This document shows positions 51,381 through 61,039 of a DNA stretch of 64,000 nt, piece after piece; positions within the stretch are counted from its first letter, which is position 1; the number at the start of each line of letters is the position of its first letter. The position numbers were made by a program, and so were the translations under genes. The notes beneath the pieces were generated by a model. The model saw nothing but the letters and a program-made list of their open reading frames with translations. It made no database searches and was not told the origin of the DNA. The DNA lies in assembly GCA_963725065.1 (NCBI GenBank), contig CAVRXD010000041.1, forward strand, positions 12,185 to 76,184, in the 5' to 3' direction. The stretch is from an uncultured Alphaproteobacteria bacterium. Its GTDB lineage: Bacteria > Pseudomonadota > Alphaproteobacteria > Rhizobiales > Xanthobacteraceae.

Positions 51381-53039
51381 TCAATCCAGCGGTTCGACTT
51401 TGACGATCGAGGCTCCGTGATTGCTGCCGACCCAGAAGCTCACCGGGCTGGTCGAGTTGTCCACGAACACGCGGCGGATATTGGTCGTCTTCGGCAAAAG
51501 GTATTCCACGAACTCGCCGGTCTTGGGGTCGAGCCGCGACACCCGATCGCTCAGCATCGAGCCGGTCCAGGCTTCGCCGTTCTTGTCCGTGACCACGTCG
51601 TAGGGCTGACCCCACGGCGTCGGCAGCACCCATTCCTGGATTTTCTCGGTCTTGGGATCGAACATGCCGATGGCATTGCCGGCATATTCCGCGAACCACA
51701 GACGGTTCTGCTCGTCGACCCGGCCACGCCGCGGACGCGAGTTCGGGATCGGCGAGCGGTAGACGGTGAGCTTGCCGGTCTTGGCGTCGAGCTTGCCGAT
51801 ATTGGAGGAGGAGAAATCGAGCAGATAGAGATTGTTGTCGTGGTCGGCCGGGATGCCATAGGAGGTGATGGTGCGATTGTTCGCATCCTTGAACGATCCG
51901 AGGTTCTCCCACTGGCCGGTGACCGGATCGAGCCGCAGGATCTGGGCGCGATCCGAATTCTTGACCCAGACCTTGCCGTCGACGTCAGAGTAGGTCGGCG
52001 AGAGGAAGGCCTGCTGGGTCGCGTCCGTCTGCCATTGATCCGGCACCTTCCAGGTCTGGAATTTCTGGGTCGCCTTGTCGAACTTGGCGACGCCGCCCTG
52101 ATACATCATCGCGATCCAGAGATTGCCGGCCTTGTCGGTCTCCAGGTCGAGCGTGCCGATCGGATAGCCGGGCTTGATGACCGGCAGCGGATATTCGGAG
52201 ACTTGCCCGGTCTTGGGATCGAGCTTGCCCAGGAACTGTTCGCCGAAATGGGTGAACCAGACCATGCCGTCGGCATCGACGATGGCGTCGTGCGGCTGGA
52301 TCTGCTTCCGCGGCAGATCATATTCGGTGATGACGACGCGGGTCGCGCGTCCGGTCGGGCGCGGCAGCGTCTTGAGCGGATAGTCCCACACTTCGTCTTT
52401 GCTGAGATTGACCGAGGCGAGGTACTCCGCCATCGCCTTCACGCCTGCCGCCTGGCCGAGGTTGCGGCGTGCTTCGCCCAAGAGGCGCTGCGGATGCTGC
52501 GGCGTGCTGCCCGGATAGTAGCCGGTCATCCGGTCGAACACCTGGACGAATTCCGCCGCGTCATGGTTGGAATTCACGATGCGGTCGAGGTTGTGACAGC
52601 TGATGCAATTGAGCAGCGCTTTCTTCTGCGTGTCGGTCCCGGGGAAGCTCGCAAGCCATTCCGCATTGGTGAGCTGCTTGGCCAGGTTCCTGGTCGGCCG
52701 CAGCTTGATGTCGGCGGTCGCGGCTCCGCCGGCGGCAACGTCGGCGTTCTTCGGTCCTTCGAGGTCATAGCCGACGGCACGAATGGCAAGCGAATAGCGG
52801 CCGGGCGCAAGCTTCGATGCCGGGAAGCCGAACTTGCCGGCGCTGTCGCTGACGACCGAGATGGTCGCCGTCGAACCCTCGCGTTTGGCGCTGACGACCA
52901 CCCCTTCCATCGGGCCGTCGGCAGCGGAGCTGACCTGACCGCTCAACGCCATCGGCGCCTGCGCCTGTGCGGAAACGAGCGTGAAGCCGACCGCGATCGC
53001 GCCGGCGGCCAGGGCGAGCAAAAGATTTCGCGGATGCAT
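51381..53039 (-). CDS. secreted multidomain protein: CarboxypepD_reg-like Ig domain + CxxCH haem-c motif + Vgb-lyase-like beta-propeller
   Basis: 552 aa from MHPRNLLLALAAGAIAVGFTLVSAQA (signal peptide; the ATG follows GAGGAG). Then come LSGQVSSAADGPMEGVVVSAKREGSTATISVVSDSAGKFGF (a carboxypeptidase-regulatory-like fold), NCISCHN (CxxCH), and repeated units of the type DGMVWFTHFGEQFLGKLDPKTGQVSEYPLP / NRLWFAEYAGNAIGMFDPKTEKIQEWVLP. Confidence 0.7.
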   Translation of the reverse strand: MHPRNLLLALAAGAIAVGFTLVSAQAQAPMALSGQVSSAADGPMEGVVVSAKREGSTATISVVSDSAGKFGFPASKLAPGRYSLAIRAVGYDLEGPKNADVAAGGAATADIKLRPTRNLAKQLTNAEWLASFPGTDTQKKALLNCISCHNLDRIVNSNHDAAEFVQVFDRMTGYYPGSTPQHPQRLLGEARRNLGQAAGVKAMAEYLASVNLSKDEVWDYPLKTLPRPTGRATRVVITEYDLPRKQIQPHDAIVDADGMVWFTHFGEQFLGKLDPKTGQVSEYPLPVIKPGYPIGTLDLETDKAGNLWIAMMYQGGVAKFDKATQKFQTWKVPDQWQTDATQQAFLSPTYSDVDGKVWVKNSDRAQILRLDPVTGQWENLGSFKDANNRTITSYGIPADHDNNLYLLDFSSSNIGKLDAKTGKLTVYRSPIPNSRPRRGRVDEQNRLWFAEYAGNAIGMFDPKTEKIQEWVLPTPWGQPYDVVTDKNGEAWTGSMLSDRVSRLDPKTGEFVEYLLPKTTNIRRVFVDNSTSPVSFWVGSNHGASIVKVEPLD

Positions 53040-53393
53040 GAGCGTCTCCTCGATCGTCGCCGGTCGCTTCGCGCGAACTTGATTGCGCGCAAGCCTAGAC
53101 CCGCCGGTAGCGCCCTTCAAGAAGTCGCGAGGCGGAATCAGTTTGGATTCGGCTTTCAGCCGCGGCGCAGACGTCGCGTCGCTCGGTGAGGCGGTCGCGA
53201 TCGCGCCCAAGCGACATGCAAAACCTCCGCCCGCCGCGAGCGACCGTTGACGGCCGATGAGGTTCACGCCGCGAGGAGCGACGCCAAGGCCGCGGCTCGC
53301 CGCGATGGTTCTCAACTTCGAGGAGGTCTTGAACTCGAGAGGGTCTTGCAAGCGGAAACGGTCGATGCTTGCTGCGGGCCGACAGGACCGGAA

Positions 53394-53470
53394 TGGCGGG
53401 AGCGACGGGACTCGAACCCGCGACCTTCGGCGTGACAGGCCGACGCTCTAACCAACTGAGCTACGCCCCC
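53394..53470 (-). tRNA. tRNA-Asp (anticodon GTC)
   Basis: The minus strand reads GGGGGCG TA GCTC AGTTGGTTA GAGC G TCGGC CTGTCAC GCCGA AGGTC GCGGG TTCGAGT CCCGT CGCTCCC G CCA. This is a full cloverleaf with an encoded CCA. The ends were cross-checked against the ORF track frame. Confidence 0.95.
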
Positions 53471-53739
53471 GCGGGCGTCGTGGGAGTTAAATACCCCCTC
53501 TGCCCAAGTCAAGGTAACTCGTTCATCCCCTGCAGAAGGCCAATATCCATGGTCAAATCAGGGGATTCACAGGCCCGCGCACCGCCTGAGAGCCCGTCAT
53601 TGGCTGATTTCTAACAACCGGCATTGAAAAAACCCGCATTTTTCGCCAATAAGTCATGGTCAGACACCATCCGAATCGTCTAATGCGACGGCGTGATGAG
53701 TGGCTGAGAGGCCACGTTCTGCAACGAGGAGGGCCAGCC

Positions 53740-54042
53740 ATGGCAGCGAAGAAACCGGGCGCACAAGCGACCGTGACCCTGAAGCATCTCGCCGCAAATC
53801 TCTCGGAATCCCATGAGATGTCGAAAAAGCAGACTGAGGCGGTCCTCGGCGACCTGGTCGGCTTGGTGACCAAACACCTGAAGAAGGGCGACCGCATTCG
53901 CATCGGCGGCCTCGGCATCCTCGTGGTGCGCAAGCGTGCAGCCCGCATGGGGCGCAATCCGGCCACCGGCGAACCGATCCAGATCAAGGCCAGCAAGAAG
54001 GTCGCGTTCCGCCCCGCCAAGGAACTCAAAGAGGCGGTGTAA
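53740..54042 (+). CDS. hup: HU-family DNA-binding protein
   Basis: 100 aa from MAAKKPGAQATVTLKHLAANLSE... (the ATG follows GAGGAG), with ...RIRIGGLGILVVRKRAARMGRNPATGEPIQIKASKKVAFRPAKELKEAV, the HU/IHF beta-arm signature. Confidence 0.88.
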   Translation: MAAKKPGAQATVTLKHLAANLSESHEMSKKQTEAVLGDLVGLVTKHLKKGDRIRIGGLGILVVRKRAARMGRNPATGEPIQIKASKKVAFRPAKELKEAV

Positions 54043-54055
54043 CGCGCCGCGACGT

Positions 54056-54113
54056 AGATTGACGACAGACGGCGGAAGGACCGCGTCGTCCTCCCGTCGT
54101 CTGTCGTCAATCT
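54056..54113. terminator. long hairpin 13 nt after the hup stop (terminator or RNA-stabilising element, no U-tract)
   Basis: AGATTGACGACAGACGGCGGAAGGA - CCGCGTCG - TCCTCCCGTCGTCTGTCGTCAATCT: a 25-bp stem with one mismatch and one G-U pair. Confidence 0.5.
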
Positions 54114-54200
54114 GATTGGGCGGCGGCTTGCGGCTTATCCCACCCGCCGCTGCGGGTTGCGGCTGGCGAGAAGTAGCCTCGGCGCCGCGGGTGCAAAGGC

Positions 54201-54276
54201 TGGTGGGCGGTGACGGACTCGAACCGCCGACATCCTGCGTGTAAAGCAGGCGCTCTACCAACTGAGCTAACCGCCC
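54201..54276 (-). tRNA. tRNA-Val (anticodon TAC)
   Basis: The minus strand reads GGGCGGT TA GCTC AGTTGGTA GAGC G CCTGC TTTACAC GCAGG ATGTC GGCGG TTCGAGT CCGTC ACCGCCC A CCA. The ends were cross-checked against the ORF track frame. Confidence 0.95.
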
Positions 54277-54349
54277 TCGCGTCACCTTTATCGCCGCGCC
54301 GGGCAGCGAGGCAAGCGGGCAGTCCAAAAGTGCCCGTTGTTGAAGTGTC

Positions 54350-55327
54350 CTACTGCTGACGAAGGCCGAGCGTCTTCACCAGCCCGTCCATGGCTGCGAC
54401 CTCCTCCACCATCAGCGCCCGCATCTCCTCGGAGGTGCTGGTGGCGATCAATGTGCCGTTCTCCGCGAGCCGCTTTTGCAGTTCTGGATCGCGCGACGCC
54501 TTGACGAACTCCTGGCGCAACTTCTGCACGATTGCGGGCGGCGTTCCCGCCGGCGCCGCCACACCGAACCAGTTCGCCACTTTCTCGTTGCCGTAGCCGA
54601 TCTCGGCCAGGATCGGCACATCGGGCAGCCCTGACCAGCGCGTCTCGCCATCGAGCGCCAGCGCGCGCAGCTTGTTGTCCATCAGGAACGTGCGCGAGGT
54701 CGACAATGTCGCGACCCCGAAATCGACGCGGCCGGTCAGCACGTCGGCCATCATCGGCGCGCCGCCGCGATAGTGGATCGACTGCAACGGCGCCTTGGCT
54801 GCGAGCGCCACGCGTGCGCCCAGGAGGTGCGAGGGTGAGCCCAGGCCGGGCGTTCCCATCGAGAGACCGCCGGCACGCTTGCGGCCAAGCTCGAACAGCG
54901 CCTCCAGCGTCGCGGCCGGACTGTCGGGCGGCACCACGAACGCAACCACGCTGTTGAACAGCAACGTGATGAAGGAGAAGCCCTTGACCGGATCGTATGG
55001 CGCCGATCCCATGGCCGCCACGGTGGCGTGCTGCGAACCGGAGAAGACCAGCAGCATGGTCCCATCCGGCGGCGCATTCTGCACGGCGGCCGCGGCAAGC
55101 GCGCCGGCCGCGGCCGGACGATTCTCGATCGTGATGCGCTGGCTGATGCTTCTGGAGACGGCCTCGGCATAGAGTCGGGCGGTGACGTCGGTGATGCCGC
55201 CGGGTGCGAGCCCGACCATGATGGTAATGGGCTTGCTCGGGAAGTCATCGCCGCGCGCCGCGGAAAGGCCTGCGCACGCGAGGACGGCGACCGTGAGCCC
55301 AACGCGAACAACTCCCCGCATGATCAT
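54350..55327 (-). CDS. Bug-family (TctC-like) solute-binding protein
   Basis: 325 aa from MIMRGVVRVGLTVAVLACAGLSAARG (signal peptide; the ATG follows GAGGAG), then DDFPSKPITIMVGLAPGGITDVTARL...ENRPAAAGALA...PPDGTMLL. The 208 upstream codons of the track ORF were rejected. Confidence 0.8.
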   Translation of the reverse strand: MIMRGVVRVGLTVAVLACAGLSAARGDDFPSKPITIMVGLAPGGITDVTARLYAEAVSRSISQRITIENRPAAAGALAAAAVQNAPPDGTMLLVFSGSQHATVAAMGSAPYDPVKGFSFITLLFNSVVAFVVPPDSPAATLEALFELGRKRAGGLSMGTPGLGSPSHLLGARVALAAKAPLQSIHYRGGAPMMADVLTGRVDFGVATLSTSRTFLMDNKLRALALDGETRWSGLPDVPILAEIGYGNEKVANWFGVAAPAGTPPAIVQKLRQEFVKASRDPELQKRLAENGTLIATSTSEEMRALMVEEVAAMDGLVKTLGLRQQ

Positions 55328-55373
55328 CTCCTCGGCGGTGACAAGCGCGCACGCACGAGCTGCGCGTACCCAG

Positions 55374-55404
55374 AAAAAACGGCGGTGCCCGCGAAGGCAC
55401 CGCC
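55374..55404 (-). terminator. rho-independent terminator of the 140-aa secreted-protein gene
   Basis: The minus strand reads GGCGGTGCC-TTCGCG-GGCACCGCC followed by G and six T, 34 nt after the stop at 55438. Confidence 0.7.
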
Positions 55405-55437
55405 ACGACCTTAGCCCAGTGTCACCGGCGCGGGAAA

Positions 55438-55860
55438 TCAGGTTGCCGCGCCTCTCGCAGTCCTGGCAGCGCGGAAGCCGGCAGCGGCCGATTCCTTCTC
55501 GCACATATACGCGCCCGTCTTGGTCTTGCCGTAACTCCGGCTGCCGCTGCCGTGATAGACTTTGGATGTCGAATTCACCCACACGACGGTATCGGCCCGG
55601 CAGTTCGTTTTGGCCTCGGCTTCGGTCGCGTATTGGTCCTTGCCTGCCGGTACCGCCGCGGCCACACGCGCGGCAACCGGTACGCCGCGACATTCGGCCA
55701 CGAAGACGCGCTTGGTCTTGCCGCTTGCCTGGATGGCCGCCCTGTCGGCGCTCCATTCGTCGTTGCATTGCTTGGCTGTCTTCTGTTGTGCGACCGCGGA
55801 TTGAGACAAAGCCAGCAGTCCCACCAATGCCGCACACGCAGCAGTGAAGGTCGGTTTCAT
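55438..55860 (-). CDS. hypothetical secreted protein (PsiF-like N-terminal motif)
   Basis: 140 aa from MKPTFTAACAALVGLLALSQSAVA (signal peptide), then QQKTAKQCNDEWSADRAAIQASGKTKRVFVAECRG (resembles the PsiF repeat) and a C-terminal half ..VVWVNSTSKVYHGSGSRSYGKTKTGAYMCEKESAAAGFRAAR. It has its own terminator and its own upstream control region. Confidence 0.65.
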   Translation of the reverse strand: MKPTFTAACAALVGLLALSQSAVAQQKTAKQCNDEWSADRAAIQASGKTKRVFVAECRGVPVAARVAAAVPAGKDQYATEAEAKTNCRADTVVWVNSTSKVYHGSGSRSYGKTKTGAYMCEKESAAAGFRAARTARGAAT

Positions 55861-55982
55861 CACACATCTCTCCGGGAAAGTTTCGCTGAACACCTCGGCC
55901 CCAACGGCCGAAGTGCCGGCGAAAACGGACTGCCGCGTTGGCTATCCGCATTACGCGCAGACCCGACCGGCAGCAATTCCAT

Positions 55983-56024
55983 GTTCCTTTTTTGTTCCAA
56001 CAATGTCAAGAACAAATAGAGAAC
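55983..56024 (-). promoter_or_regulatory. second pair of LexA-type boxes flanking a TTGACA hexamer
   Basis: The plus strand reads GTTCCTTTTTTGTTC CAACAATGTCAA GAACAAATAGAGAAC. On the gene (minus) strand this is GTTC-N7-GTTC, then TTGACATTGTTG, then GAAC-N7-GAAC. It lies about 125-165 nt upstream of the 55860 start, in an A/T-rich patch. Confidence 0.45.
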
Positions 56025-56032
56025 CCTGCGGA

Positions 56033-56069
56033 GCAAAAGAAAACGGCGGCACTTTGCGGTGCCGCCGTT
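56033..56069 (-). terminator. rho-independent terminator of lon
   Basis: The minus strand reads AACGGCGGCAC-CGCAAA-GTGCCGCCGTT followed by TTCTTTTG, 25 nt after the lon stop. Confidence 0.75.
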
Positions 56070-56093
56070 GAACTTATGGGATGATCCGGTCGA

Positions 56094-58535
56094 TCAGTGC
56101 GCGGTGAGCACTGAAGAATCGGTCTCGACCGCCGGCTCGGTGGTGACCGACGTCTCCGTCGGCTTGGCCTTTTCCTCGTCCCACTCGATCGGTTCCGGTT
56201 TGCGGGTGAGAGCGCGCGCGAGCACCTCGTCCATCCGCGAGACCGGAAGGATCTCGAGACCTTTCTTGATGCTCTCGCTGATCTCCACGAGGTCCTTGGC
56301 GTTCTCCTCCGGGATCAGCACCGTCTTCATGCCGCCGCGCGATGCCGCGAGCAGCTTCTCCTTCAAGCCGCCGATCGGTAGCACCCGACCGCGCAACGTG
56401 ATCTCGCCAGTCATGGCAACGTCACGGCGCACCGGGATGCCGGTCATGACCGACACGATCGCGGTGACCATGGCCACGCCCGCCGACGGGCCGTCCTTTG
56501 GGGTCGCTCCCTCGGGCACGTGCACGTGGATGTCCTTCTTGTCGAACCTCGGCGGCTCGATGCCGAAGGCGACCGCACGCATGCGCACGTAGGAAGCGGC
56601 AGCCGAGATCGACTCCTTCATCACGTCACGCAGATTGCCGGTGACCGTCATCTTGCCCTTGCCGGGCATCATCGCGGCTTCGATGGTGAGCAGTTCTCCG
56701 CCCACATCGGTCCACGCCAGCCCGGTCACGACGCCGACCTGATCCTCGTCCTCGACCTCGCCGTAGCGGTACTTCGGCACGCCGAGATAGTCGGACACGG
56801 TTTTCGCCTCGACCGTGATCGCCTTCTTCTTGGTCAGCGTCAGTTCCTTCACCGCCTTGCGGATCAGGGTCGAGAGCTCGCGCTCGAGATTGCGCACGCC
56901 CGCTTCCCGCGTGTAACGGCGGATCAGGAGCAGCAACCCCTCGTCGTCGATCGACCATTCCTTGAGGTCGAGGCCGTGCTTGGCGACCGCATGCGGGATC
57001 AAGTGCTTGCGTGCGATCTCGACCTTCTCGTCTTCGGTATAGCCGGCGATCCGGATGATCTCCATGCGGTCCATCAGGGGCGGCGGGATATTCAGCGTGT
57101 TCGCCGTCGTGATGAACATGACGTTGGAGAGATCGTAGTCGACCTCGAGATAGTGGTCGTTGAAGGTATGGTTCTGCTCGGGATCGAGCACTTCGAGCAG
57201 CGCCGAAGACGGATCGCCGCGGAAATCGGCGCCCATCTTGTCGACCTCGTCGAGCAGGAACAGCGGGTTCGACGACTTCGCCTTGCGCATCGATTGGATG
57301 ACCTTGCCGGGCATCGAACCGATATAGGTGCGCCGGTGGCCGCGAATTTCGGCCTCGTCACGCACGCCGCCGAGCGACACGCGCACGAAGTCGCGGCCGG
57401 TCGCACGCGCGATCGACTTTCCAAGCGAGGTCTTGCCGACGCCGGGCGGGCCGACGAGGCACAGGATCGGCCCGGTGAGCTTGTTGGCCCGCTGCTGAAC
57501 GGCGAGATACTCGACGATCCGCTCCTTCACCTTCTCCAGGCCGAAGTGATCGGCGTCCAGGATCTCCTGGGCAAGTGCGAGGTCCTTCTTGACCTTGCTC
57601 TTCTTGTTCCACGGGATCGACAGCAGCCAGTCGAGATAGTTGCGCACCACCGTCGCCTCTGCCGACATCGGCGACATCTGGCGCAGCTTCTTGAGCTCGT
57701 GGGTGGCCTTTTCGCGCGCCTCCTTCGAGAGCTTGGTCTTCTTGATCTTGTCCTCGATCTCGGCGAGCTCGTCCTTACCTTCCTCGTCGCCGAGCTCCTT
57801 CTGGATCGCCTTCATCTGCTCGTTGAGGTAGTACTCGCGCTGGGTCTTCTCCATCTGGCGTTTGACGCGCGTGCGGATGCGCTTCTCGACCTGCAGGACG
57901 GAGATCTCGCTCTCCATCAGCCCGAGAACCTTCTCCAGCCGCTCGGTGACCGACGGCGTCTCCAGGATCACCTGCTTGTCGGGAATCTTGACCGCGAGAT
58001 GCGAAGCCACCGTATCGGCGAGCTTGGCGTAGTCCTCGATCTGCTGAACCACGCCGACAACTTCCGGCGATACCTTCTTGTTCAGCTTCACATAATTCTC
58101 GAACTCGTTGATGACCGAGCGCGCGAGCGCTTCGGCCTCGACCTGCTCGCCGCTGGCATCCGCCAGCACGACGGCGTCGGCCTCATAGTACTCCGCGCGG
58201 TCTGTGTAGCGCTCGACCTTGGCGCGCGCAGCGCCCTCCACCAGCACCTTGACGGTGCCGTCGGGCAGCTTGAGCAGTTGCAGCACACTCGCGAGCGTAC
58301 CAATCTCGAAGATGGAACCCGTCGCCGGGTCATCGTCTGACGCATTCTTCTGGGTCGCGAGCAGGATGAAGGTATCGGAACGCATCACCTCTTCGAGCGC
58401 CTTGATCGACTTTTCGCGTCCAACGAAAAGCGGGACGATCATGTGCGGGAAGACGACAATGTCACGCAGCGGCAATACCGGATAAGCGCGGGTTTCGCCG
58501 GGGATCAGAGGCGGCTTTGGCTTTGCGCTAGTCAT
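56094..58535 (-). CDS. lon: ATP-dependent protease Lon
   Basis: 813 aa from [44 protein letters not shown] (LON N-domain), with Walker [10 protein letters not shown] and the protease active site ..[17 protein letters not shown].. The 62 upstream codons of the track ORF were rejected. Confidence 0.95.
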   Translation of the reverse strand: MTSAKPKPPLIPGETRAYPVLPLRDIVVFPHMIVPLFVGREKSIKALEEVMRSDTFILLATQKNASDDDPATGSIFEIGTLASVLQLLKLPDGTVKVLVEGAARAKVERYTDRAEYYEADAVVLADASGEQVEAEALARSVINEFENYVKLNKKVSPEVVGVVQQIEDYAKLADTVASHLAVKIPDKQVILETPSVTERLEKVLGLMESEISVLQVEKRIRTRVKRQMEKTQREYYLNEQMKAIQKELGDEEGKDELAEIEDKIKKTKLSKEAREKATHELKKLRQMSPMSAEATVVRNYLDWLLSIPWNKKSKVKKDLALAQEILDADHFGLEKVKERIVEYLAVQQRANKLTGPILCLVGPPGVGKTSLGKSIARATGRDFVRVSLGGVRDEAEIRGHRRTYIGSMPGKVIQSMRKAKSSNPLFLLDEVDKMGADFRGDPSSALLEVLDPEQNHTFNDHYLEVDYDLSNVMFITTANTLNIPPPLMDRMEIIRIAGYTEDEKVEIARKHLIPHAVAKHGLDLKEWSIDDEGLLLLIRRYTREAGVRNLERELSTLIRKAVKELTLTKKKAITVEAKTVSDYLGVPKYRYGEVEDEDQVGVVTGLAWTDVGGELLTIEAAMMPGKGKMTVTGNLRDVMKESISAAASYVRMRAVAFGIEPPRFDKKDIHVHVPEGATPKDGPSAGVAMVTAIVSVMTGIPVRRDVAMTGEITLRGRVLPIGGLKEKLLAASRGGMKTVLIPEENAKDLVEISESIKKGLEILPVSRMDEVLARALTRKPEPIEWDEEKAKPTETSVTTEPAVETDSSVLTAH

Positions 58536-58853
58536 GGCCCGAGGTCCTTGTTGTTGTGCCCCCCGCCCGTCACCCGCGGTTGCGGCATCACGGTCGAGTG
58601 CAGAGGTGGGCCGGGAAGGGAGCACGGCCGGCCCCGATGGGCACCCGTGCGCCAGAGGGTGGGTACGAAACCCTCCCCGGAGAATTTCGAAGCGATCCTT
58701 CGTACGCTTTTTCGTTCGCACAATAGGTGGCGACGGCTCGGGCTGGTGTCAAGTAAGCCCGAAAATTCAAGCAAATAGCCACCTTAGGGGCGCCCGCCCG
58801 GCGCATCCGATCCGAATCGAAGACCGCCCCCGCCCGCCCCGGTTGCGGTGCAC

Positions 58854-60122
58854 TCAAGCGCTCGCGTCGCCGGTCCGATCGGCCCGGTCGGCATAGATGT
58901 AGAGTGGCCGCGCGGTACCCTCGACCACTTCGCGCGAGATCACGACCTCTTCGACCCCTTCGAGGCTCGGCAGGTCGAACATGGTGTCGAGCAGGATGCC
59001 CTCCATGATCGAGCGCAGGCCGCGCGCGCCGGTCTTGCGGTCGATGGCCTTGCGGGCGATCGCGCCCAGTGCCTCTTCCGCCAGCGTGAGATCGATCGAT
59101 TCCATCTCGAACAGGCGCTGATACTGCTTGACCAGCGCGTTCTTGGGCTGGGTGAGAATGAGCTTCAGCGACGGCTCGTCCAGATCCTCAAGCGTGGCGA
59201 CGACGGGCAACCGGCCCACGAACTCGGGAATCAGGCCGTACTTCAAGAGATCCTCGGGCTCGACCTCGCGGAAGATCTCGCCGGCTTTGCGATCCTCCGG
59301 CGCCAGCACCTTTGCGCCGAAGCCGATCGAGGTCGACCGGCCGCGCGCGGAGATGATCTTCTCGAGCCCGGCGAATGCGCCGCCGCATACGAACAGGATG
59401 TTGGTGGTGTCGACCTGCAGGAACTCCTGCTGCGGATGCTTGCGTCCGCCCTGCGGCGGCACCGACGCAATCGTCCCTTCCATGATCTTGAGCAGCGCCT
59501 GCTGCACGCCCTCGCCCGACACGTCGCGGGTGATCGAGGGATTGTCGGACTTGCGGCTGATCTTGTCGATCTCGTCGATATAGACGATGCCGCGCTGGGC
59601 GCGCTCGACATTGTAGTCGGCCGATTGCAGCAGCTTGAGGATGATGTTCTCGACATCCTCGCCGACATAGCCGGCTTCGGTGAGCGTCGTCGCATCCGCC
59701 ATGGTGAAGGGCACATCCAGGATGCGCGCCAGCGTCTGCGCCAACAGCGTCTTGCCGGAGCCGGTCGGCCCGATCAGCAGGATATTGGACTTCGCGAGCT
59801 CGACATCGTTGTGCTTGGTCTGATGATTGAGCCGCTTGTAATGATTGTGGACGGCGACCGAGAGCACCTTCTTGGCGTGATCCTGACCGATCACGTAGTC
59901 GTCGAGAACCTTGCGGATCTCCTTCGGCGTCGGAATCCCGTCGCGCGACTTCACCAGCGAGGATTTGTTCTCCTCGCGAATGATGTCCATGCACAGTTCG
60001 ACGCACTCGTCGCAGATGAATACGGTCGGTCCGGCAATGAGCTTGCGCACCTCATGCTGGCTCTTGCCGCAGAACGAACAGTAGAGCGTGTTCTTGGAGT
60101 CACTACTGCCGACCTTGCTCAT
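58854..60122 (-). CDS. clpX: ATP-dependent Clp protease ATP-binding subunit ClpX
   Basis: 422 aa from [44 protein letters not shown] (C4 zinc finger), with Walker [12 protein letters not shown] and ..[10 protein letters not shown].. Confidence 0.95.
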   Translation of the reverse strand: MSKVGSSDSKNTLYCSFCGKSQHEVRKLIAGPTVFICDECVELCMDIIREENKSSLVKSRDGIPTPKEIRKVLDDYVIGQDHAKKVLSVAVHNHYKRLNHQTKHNDVELAKSNILLIGPTGSGKTLLAQTLARILDVPFTMADATTLTEAGYVGEDVENIILKLLQSADYNVERAQRGIVYIDEIDKISRKSDNPSITRDVSGEGVQQALLKIMEGTIASVPPQGGRKHPQQEFLQVDTTNILFVCGGAFAGLEKIISARGRSTSIGFGAKVLAPEDRKAGEIFREVEPEDLLKYGLIPEFVGRLPVVATLEDLDEPSLKLILTQPKNALVKQYQRLFEMESIDLTLAEEALGAIARKAIDRKTGARGLRSIMEGILLDTMFDLPSLEGVEEVVISREVVEGTARPLYIYADRADRTGDASA

Positions 60123-60392
60123 TCCGTCTCTCCGTCGGCCGGCTGCCGCCCGGCCATACCGGTCGCACCGCAGCAAACCATAACAGCGGGGTTTCTAACA
60201 GTCCGTATCACCAATGCCGCACATCTCCCGGTCTTGGTTCATCCCCGCCACAATTCCTAGCGAACCACGGTAATGTGGGGATAATCAAGAATTTGTTAAT
60301 GATGAAATTTCAAGCGCATGGCGACTTTTTGACCGTTTCCAAGCTTGGCAGCGGCGCCGCGGGGCAAGAAAAGGGCCGCGGAGCCGTCGCCC

Positions 60393-61022
60393 TCACATCT
60401 TGGAGACATCCTCGGGCCGTTTGGCGATGACCTTGTCGACCACCCCCCATTCCACGGCCATCTCACCCGTCAGGAAGTAGTCGCGCTCGAGCGCGTCCTC
60501 GATCTTCTTCAGCGGCTGGCCGGTGTGCTTCACGTAGATTTCGTTCAGCCGCTTCTTCAGGTTCAGGATCTCCTGGGCGTGCAGCATGATGTCGGTTGCC
60601 TGGCCCTGGAAGCCGCCGGACGGCTGATGAAGCATGATGCGGGAATTGGGGAGCGCAAATCGCATGTCCTTGTGCCCGGCGGCGAGCAGCAGCGAACCCA
60701 TCGAGGCGGCCTGGCCCACGCACAAGGTCGACACCGCGGGTCGCACGAATTGCATCGTGTCGTAGATCGCGAGCCCGGACGTCACCACGCCGCCCGGCGA
60801 GTTGATGTACATCGCGATCTCTTTCTTCGGATTGTCCGCTTCCAGAAACAGCAACTGGGCGACCACGAGGGTCGACATCACGTCCTCGACCGGACCGCTG
60901 ATGAAGATGATGCGCTCCTTGAGCAGGCGCGAGAAAATGTCATAGGCACGCTCGCCGCGGTTGGTCTGTTCGACCACCATCGGAACGAGAGTGTTCATGT
61001 AGGTGTCGCGGGGATCACGCAT
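60393..61022 (-). CDS. clpP: ATP-dependent Clp protease proteolytic subunit
   Basis: 209-aa ORF with ..[29 protein letters not shown].., the catalytic ..[11 protein letters not shown].. (Ser) and ..IMLHQPSGG.. (His). Confidence 0.95.
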   Translation of the reverse strand: MRDPRDTYMNTLVPMVVEQTNRGERAYDIFSRLLKERIIFISGPVEDVMSTLVVAQLLFLEADNPKKEIAMYINSPGGVVTSGLAIYDTMQFVRPAVSTLCVGQAASMGSLLLAAGHKDMRFALPNSRIMLHQPSGGFQGQATDIMLHAQEILNLKKRLNEIYVKHTGQPLKKIEDALERDYFLTGEMAVEWGVVDKVIAKRPEDVSKM

Positions 61023-61039
61023 GGGTCAACCTATCTCGG

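Noticed and set aside
55361-55375. A 13-mer, TGCGCGTACCCAG, shared between the upstream regions of two Bug genes (55361 and 63307).
   Set aside because: From base composition I estimate that more than 100 chance 13-mer matches are expected within a 64-kb window when both strands are compared. The two copies also have opposite orientation relative to their genes.
55861-55986. A 40-codon ORF (MELLPVGSARNADSQRGSPF...) between the twin boxes and the secreted-protein gene, ending in a TGATG overlap with its start.
   Set aside because: The SD-like AAGGA is only 2 nt from the ATG and the peptide is not protein-like. The region is more likely a 5' UTR.
58536-58853. Search for RpoH (sigma32)-type heat-shock promoters upstream of lon, clpX (60177-60392) and clpP.
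   Set aside because: CTTGAA/CTTGAC and CCACCTAT/CCCCACAT-like hexamers are present. However, the spacings I counted (about 22 nt or more, or under 10 nt) do not fit the CTTG-N17/18-CCTAT consensus, so no promoter is called.
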